Below, one piece after another: positions 59,677 through 64,000 of a stretch of 64,000 nucleotides of DNA (its first letter is position 1; the number at the start of each line of letters is the position of its first letter). The stretch comes from Promethearchaeota archaeon. GTDB lineage: Archaea > Asgardarchaeota > Lokiarchaeia > Sigyniarchaeales > SOKP01. The DNA lies in NCBI GenBank assembly GCA_016839765.1, contig JAEOTP010000016.1, positions 64,001 through 128,000 of the forward strand, given 5' to 3'. A program made the position numbers and the translations under genes. The notes below the pieces were generated by a model. It saw only the letters and a program-made list of their open reading frames with translations. It was not told where the DNA came from and made no database searches.

Positions 59677-61326
59677 ATGAAAAAAGGAAAAAAAATAATT
59701 GTTGTTTTAATTATCTTTGGGATTATTTTTGCAATAATTCCTTATATTATGATATCGGAACAAAAGGCAGTACAAAAAGAAAATGATCAAAAAAGAGGAG
59801 ATGTAAAAACCTCACAAATCTCGGAATTATGGAGCTACACGACGGGAGAGGGTGGGGTATATTCTTCTCCAGCCCTGGGTGATGTGGATGGTGATGGCAA
59901 ACTCGAAGCGATCGTGGGAAGCTATGATAAAAACCTGTATGCATTAAATGGTGAGGATGGAACTCTGTTATGGAGTTACAAAACGGGAAGTCATGTACAA
60001 GCTTCCCCTACGTTAGGTGATGTAGACAATGATGGTAAGCTTGAAGTAGTAATAGGAAGTTGGGATGAAAATGTGTATGCATTAAATGGCGAAGATGGGA
60101 GTGTGGTGTGGATTTACAAGACAGAGGGTCCAATATTTTCATGTGATGCGGTGTTAGGTGATATAGATAATGATTATAAGCTCGAAGTGATTGTGGGAAG
60201 CTGTGATAAAAAGGTGCATGCATTAAATGGTGAGGATGGAAGCTTATTATGGAGTTTTAAAGCGGAAGATATATTCTATGGCTCTTCTGCGGCGTTAGGT
60301 GACGTAGATAATGATGGTAAGCTCGAAGTGATTGTGGGAAGCTATGATAAAAAGATTTATGCTCTAAACGGCGAAGATGGGAGCATTTTATGGAATTATA
60401 TGACGGGACGTTCTGTGCACTCTTCTCCTGCTCTAGGTGATTTAGATGGTGACGATAAATTAGAAGTGATTGTGGGAAGCGATGATAAAAAGATTTATGC
60501 TCTAAACGGCGAAGATGGTAGTGATATATGGAGTTTTACGACAGAAGAAGGTGTTCATCAGTCTTCTCCGGCTTTAGGTGATATAGACAATGATGGCAAG
60601 CTCGAAGCGGTCGTTGGAAGCACTGATGGTAGGTTCCATGCGCTAAATGGCGAGGATGGGAGCATAGCATGGAGCTATAAGACTGCGAGGTTTGCGTTAT
60701 CTTCTCCTGCATTAGGTGATGTAGATGGAGATGGGAAACTCGAGGCAGTCGTGGGAACTTGGTATGAAGAACAGGTGCGTGCTTTAAACGGCGAGGATGG
60801 TAGTGAAACGTGGAGATATAATCCAGGCACAGGTCCTATATACTCTTCTGCTGCGTTAGGTGACATCGATAGTGATGGGCAGCTCGAAGTAGTCATAGGA
60901 AGTACTGGAAAGGCAGGAGTTCTTGGAAAAGTATATGCTTTAGATCCTCTTCCTTCGGGAGAAGAAATATGCTGGCAGGGTTTATCTGGAGATAGTTTCT
61001 TCTTTAGAAATAAAATAAAACCTATCGACCCGGTTTTACAAATTTTAAATGAAATCTCTGAAAAGATAAGTCAATTGGATGGGTTGATAAATAATAATTT
61101 AGAATCTTGGCGAAAATATATATGTAGAAAACTTATATGCGTTTCGCAATATCTAATTGATAAAATGATCGAAAAGCACGTAAATTTTGAACAAATTCGG
61201 TGTTATTATCTGGATGCTCTGCAACTAAATATATATTTGATAAAAAAGATTGCGAAAGATGAGGAAATTTCAAATATCTGTTCTGAGATTTTCATACTGA
61301 GCGACGAGGTAAAAGAATTAATTTAA
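59677..61326 (+). CDS. Secreted FG-GAP/PQQ-like beta-propeller repeat protein
   Basis: N-terminal TM/signal; about 8 repeats of SSPALGDVDGDGKLEVxVGSxDxxxYALNGEDG. Confidence 0.9.
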   Translation: MKKGKKIIVVLIIFGIIFAIIPYIMISEQKAVQKENDQKRGDVKTSQISELWSYTTGEGGVYSSPALGDVDGDGKLEAIVGSYDKNLYALNGEDGTLLWSYKTGSHVQASPTLGDVDNDGKLEVVIGSWDENVYALNGEDGSVVWIYKTEGPIFSCDAVLGDIDNDYKLEVIVGSCDKKVHALNGEDGSLLWSFKAEDIFYGSSAALGDVDNDGKLEVIVGSYDKKIYALNGEDGSILWNYMTGRSVHSSPALGDLDGDDKLEVIVGSDDKKIYALNGEDGSDIWSFTTEEGVHQSSPALGDIDNDGKLEAVVGSTDGRFHALNGEDGSIAWSYKTARFALSSPALGDVDGDGKLEAVVGTWYEEQVRALNGEDGSETWRYNPGTGPIYSSAALGDIDSDGQLEVVIGSTGKAGVLGKVYALDPLPSGEEICWQGLSGDSFFFRNKIKPIDPVLQILNEISEKISQLDGLINNNLESWRKYICRKLICVSQYLIDKMIEKHVNFEQIRCYYLDALQLNIYLIKKIAKDEEISNICSEIFILSDEVKELI

Positions 61327-61590
61327 TAATAAACTTTATCTTTTTTTTTCTTTTTTTCTTATTTTTATTTATTTATTTAATCAATTTTTAAGCTATTTTA
61401 AATCAAAAAGATGCTGAAATATTCTACCTTTACTAAATAATACTTATAATATATTTTTTCTATTAGTTTTTGAATCATTCTTTTTATTAATTGAGATTAA
61501 ATGTGGATTTTTTGTTTCTCATGAAATTAGAGTAATACTTAAATAACGATTTGTGTTCTCTTTACATTATAGTATAAGGAGGTTAATAAT

Positions 61591-63027
61591 ATGTCTAAAA
61601 AGAAGGATACAGGAGAAAAGCAAGATTATATGAATTTAGACTGGTTAAAGCATCAGTATTATGTTTTAGGGAGAACAATTCAAGATATTGCCGATGATCA
61701 AAAAGTAAGTATGATAAGAATCAGAAAATGGCTCGACAAACTAGAGCCAATCAAGAAAAAAGTTTTACCAAAGGAAGAAGTGGTTATCGAAGAACCAATA
61801 GATATGATTTATTCTCCTTATTGTCCTTACTGTGGCAAGCATGTTAAATCTCATTGGAAAGTATGTGCCTATTGTGGTCAAAGAATTAGAGGAATGGAAT
61901 TGTATCCAATCAAGGAAGAAGCTTTACCGACGGAAGAAGAAGTTATCGAAGAACCAATCAAGGAAGAAGCTATACCAACGGAAGAAATATTTATCGAGGA
62001 GCCAATCAAGGAAGAAGCTTTACCAACGGAAGAAGAAGTTATCGAAGAACCAATCAAGGAAGAAGCCATACTAACGGAAGAAGTAGTTATCGAAGAACCA
62101 ATCAAGGAAGAAATTTTACCAGAAGCAGTAATTAAGGAAGAGCAAATTATTAGTATTCAACCTTTTAAAGGACATAAAAAGGGCGTGGCTTCGGTGGCAT
62201 TCTCTCCTAATGGTGAATATATTGTAAGTGGTTCGAAGGATAGAAACATAAAAATATGGGAGTTCTCCACGGGTAAACTCGTAAGAACGCTTGAAGGACA
62301 TGAAAAAGATATAAACTCTGTTGCCCTCTCTTTTGATGGACAGTATATAGTAAGTGGTTCGAACGATAATACTGTCAAAATATGGAATTTTTCCACAGGT
62401 GAGCTAATTCAAAATCTTAAAGGGCATACATGGTATGTTTCATCAGTAGCTATTTCTCCTGATGGCAAATATGTTATCAGTGGTTCATTTGATAAAAACA
62501 TTAGAATATGGGATTTAAAAACTGGTGATCTCGTGAATACACTTAAGGGGCATAGAAAGGAAGTGAGTTCAGTTACCATTTCTCCCAATGGTAAATATTT
62601 GATAAGCGGATCGAATGACAAAACTATAATAATCTGGGAATTTAATAGTGGTGAGATAATTAGGACAATAGATGGTCATAAAAAACACATTACTTCAGTC
62701 GTGGTGTCTTCTGACGGAGAATATATTGTTAGTGGTTCAAATGATAAATCCGTAAAGGTGTGGGAAATTACTACCGGAAGATACGTTAGATTGCTCGAAG
62801 GGAATACTTGGTGGGTTTTATCTGTAGCCGTTTCTCCTGATTGTAATCATGTCATCAGTAGTTCATTAGATGGAAAAGTTAAAATATGGGATTTAAAAAC
62901 TGGTGAACTCGTCAGAACAATCGAAGGGCATAGAAAAGAAGTAAATTCAATTACCATCTCTCCCGATTGTAAATATATTGCTAGTGGATCCAATGATAAG
63001 ACGATAAAAATTTGGAGCTTTAATTAG
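61591..63027 (+). CDS. WD40-repeat protein with N-terminal HTH-like segment, zinc ribbon and acidic repeat linker
   Basis: Seven GH...SGS.D..IKIW repeats; YCPYCG...CAYCG. Confidence 0.92.
   Translation: MSKKKDTGEKQDYMNLDWLKHQYYVLGRTIQDIADDQKVSMIRIRKWLDKLEPIKKKVLPKEEVVIEEPIDMIYSPYCPYCGKHVKSHWKVCAYCGQRIRGMELYPIKEEALPTEEEVIEEPIKEEAIPTEEIFIEEPIKEEALPTEEEVIEEPIKEEAILTEEVVIEEPIKEEILPEAVIKEEQIISIQPFKGHKKGVASVAFSPNGEYIVSGSKDRNIKIWEFSTGKLVRTLEGHEKDINSVALSFDGQYIVSGSNDNTVKIWNFSTGELIQNLKGHTWYVSSVAISPDGKYVISGSFDKNIRIWDLKTGDLVNTLKGHRKEVSSVTISPNGKYLISGSNDKTIIIWEFNSGEIIRTIDGHKKHITSVVVSSDGEYIVSGSNDKSVKVWEITTGRYVRLLEGNTWWVLSVAVSPDCNHVISSSLDGKVKIWDLKTGELVRTIEGHRKEVNSITISPDCKYIASGSNDKTIKIWSFN
61906..62120 (+). 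repeat. 48-bp coding tandem repeat (EEPIKEEALPTEEEVI), about 4.5 copies
   Basis: CCAATCAAGGAAGAA recurs at 61906, 61954, 62002, 62050, 62098. Confidence 0.9.
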
Positions 63028-63238
63028 AAGCAGAATAACGAACTCAAAAAGATACTGATGTCTTGAAATTCACTTTTTCTTTTTGATTATCTATATTAGA
63101 AAGATTAAAAACAAAACTCTTTCTGAGCGTTAGAATTTAGTATGAGCAGATTAGTTTAGTCATAACATTATAGTAATCTTTAAATAAGGATTTGCGTTCT
63201 ATTTAAATTATAATCTATAGATTTTTGGTGAAACTTAA

Positions 63239-63340
63239 ATGAATAGAATATATAGAATAATAGGGATTGTCTTAGTATTAATTGTAATTGTTGTGCTTAT
63301 ATTTGGGATTATAGCGTTTAATTTTCCCGCATCTAATTAG
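63239..63340 (+). CDS. 33-aa single-TM micropeptide (missed by ORF track)
   Basis: GGTGA upstream; MNRIYRIIGIVLVLIVIVVLIFGIIAFNFPASN. Confidence 0.55.
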   Translation: MNRIYRIIGIVLVLIVIVVLIFGIIAFNFPASN

Positions 63341-63494
63341 ATGTCAAAAAAGAGAGATTAAAAGAATTAGGTATATAAGTAATTCCGTGATATTCTCAAA
63401 TTTTCAACAAATTTTCTTTGATTCTATTTTAATTAGAGAAATTAAATTTGATTATCATAAACTTTAATGGTATCATATCATTTTTTAAAAAAAG

Positions 63495-64000
63495 ATGAGA
63501 TTTATAGATTTATCAATTCCAATCATCGATTATGATGAAGCAATATATGATCCTGCTCCTTATGCTCCACATATTACGTATAAAGATCATAAAAGAGGGG
63601 GTTTAGAAATGGGAATATTATATCCCAGACTAAAACCAGAAAAATATCTTCCTGAGGGTGGAGCTTGGGCTGCTGAAGATATCACTTTATCCACTCATAG
63701 TGGAACACATATGGATGCACCTTGGCATTATGCGCCGACTCAGGATAAGGAAATTAGAGAAAAAAAAGCAATGACAATTGATGAATTTCCATTAGAGTGG
63801 GGTATGGGTGCCTTGATAGTTTTAGATGTTACTGATTTAGAAGAAGGTTATATAATGAAACCCGATGACATTGACAAGAAGTTAGAAGAAATTAGCCATA
63901 AATTAAAGGAAGGTGATATTTTATGCATTCACACTACAGCGCCTAAATTTGCGGGCACTAATGAGTATTATCAGCATGGTGTTGGAGTAGGAAGAGAGGC
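63495..64000 (+). CDS. Cyclase family (kynurenine formamidase-like) protein, truncated by window end
   Basis: MRFIDLSIP...HSGTHMDAPWH motif. Confidence 0.9.
   Translation, partial: MRFIDLSIPIIDYDEAIYDPAPYAPHITYKDHKRGGLEMGILYPRLKPEKYLPEGGAWAAEDITLSTHSGTHMDAPWHYAPTQDKEIREKKAMTIDEFPLEWGMGALIVLDVTDLEEGYIMKPDDIDKKLEEISHKLKEGDILCIHTTAPKFAGTNEYYQHGVGVGRE

Noticed and set aside
61906-62120. CRISPR-like periodic repeat
   Set aside because: 48-bp in-frame coding repeat with no unique spacers and no cas genes.
949-62621. Numerous 60-140 aa ORFs antisense or out-of-frame within longer genes (e.g. 3647..3982, 17084..17512, 49080..49400, 58677..58976, 61832..62074)
   Set aside because: Shadows of well-supported genes with no motifs of their own.
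63036-63132. Possible stem TAACG-AA-CTCAAAAAGA / TCTTTCTGAG-CGTTA after the WD40 gene (SECIS-like?)
   Set aside because: Large unstructured interior, no in-frame UGA in the upstream gene; compatible with chance.

Overview
AT-rich, gene-dense archaeal chromosomal segment, most likely from an Asgard archaeon of the Lokiarchaeia type. This assignment is inferred from archaeal GluRS/ThrRS/AspRS, SepRS, eL38, eL40, thermosome and Alba together with eukaryote-signature-type proteins (Rab-like GTPase, longin-like protein, JAMM/MPN+ protease, WD40 protein). The window is mostly housekeeping translation and cofactor genes, interspersed with surface, membrane and hypothetical genes. No transposase, integrase, CRISPR array or rRNA was seen. 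The strongest unexplained signal is a ~475-nt non-coding interval (49511-49985, + strand) with a correctly spaced TATA box, a perfect 11-bp helix joining its two ends, a ladder of nested long-range helices with side hairpins, and a T-tract terminator; it is a candidate new large structured ncRNA. Other highlights: a protein that looks like a Bro1 domain fused to an ESCRT-I steadiness-box-like hairpin; a tRNA-Arg(GCG) with two non-canonical introns; an SDR/SCP2-like/ALDH/SCP2-like operon; a divergent small-membrane-peptide/XRE/ABC locus sharing a 17-bp element; a membrane gene split by an in-frame TGA; and several small ORFs and relics missed by the ORF track. All family calls are by-eye motif recognition; no searches were run.
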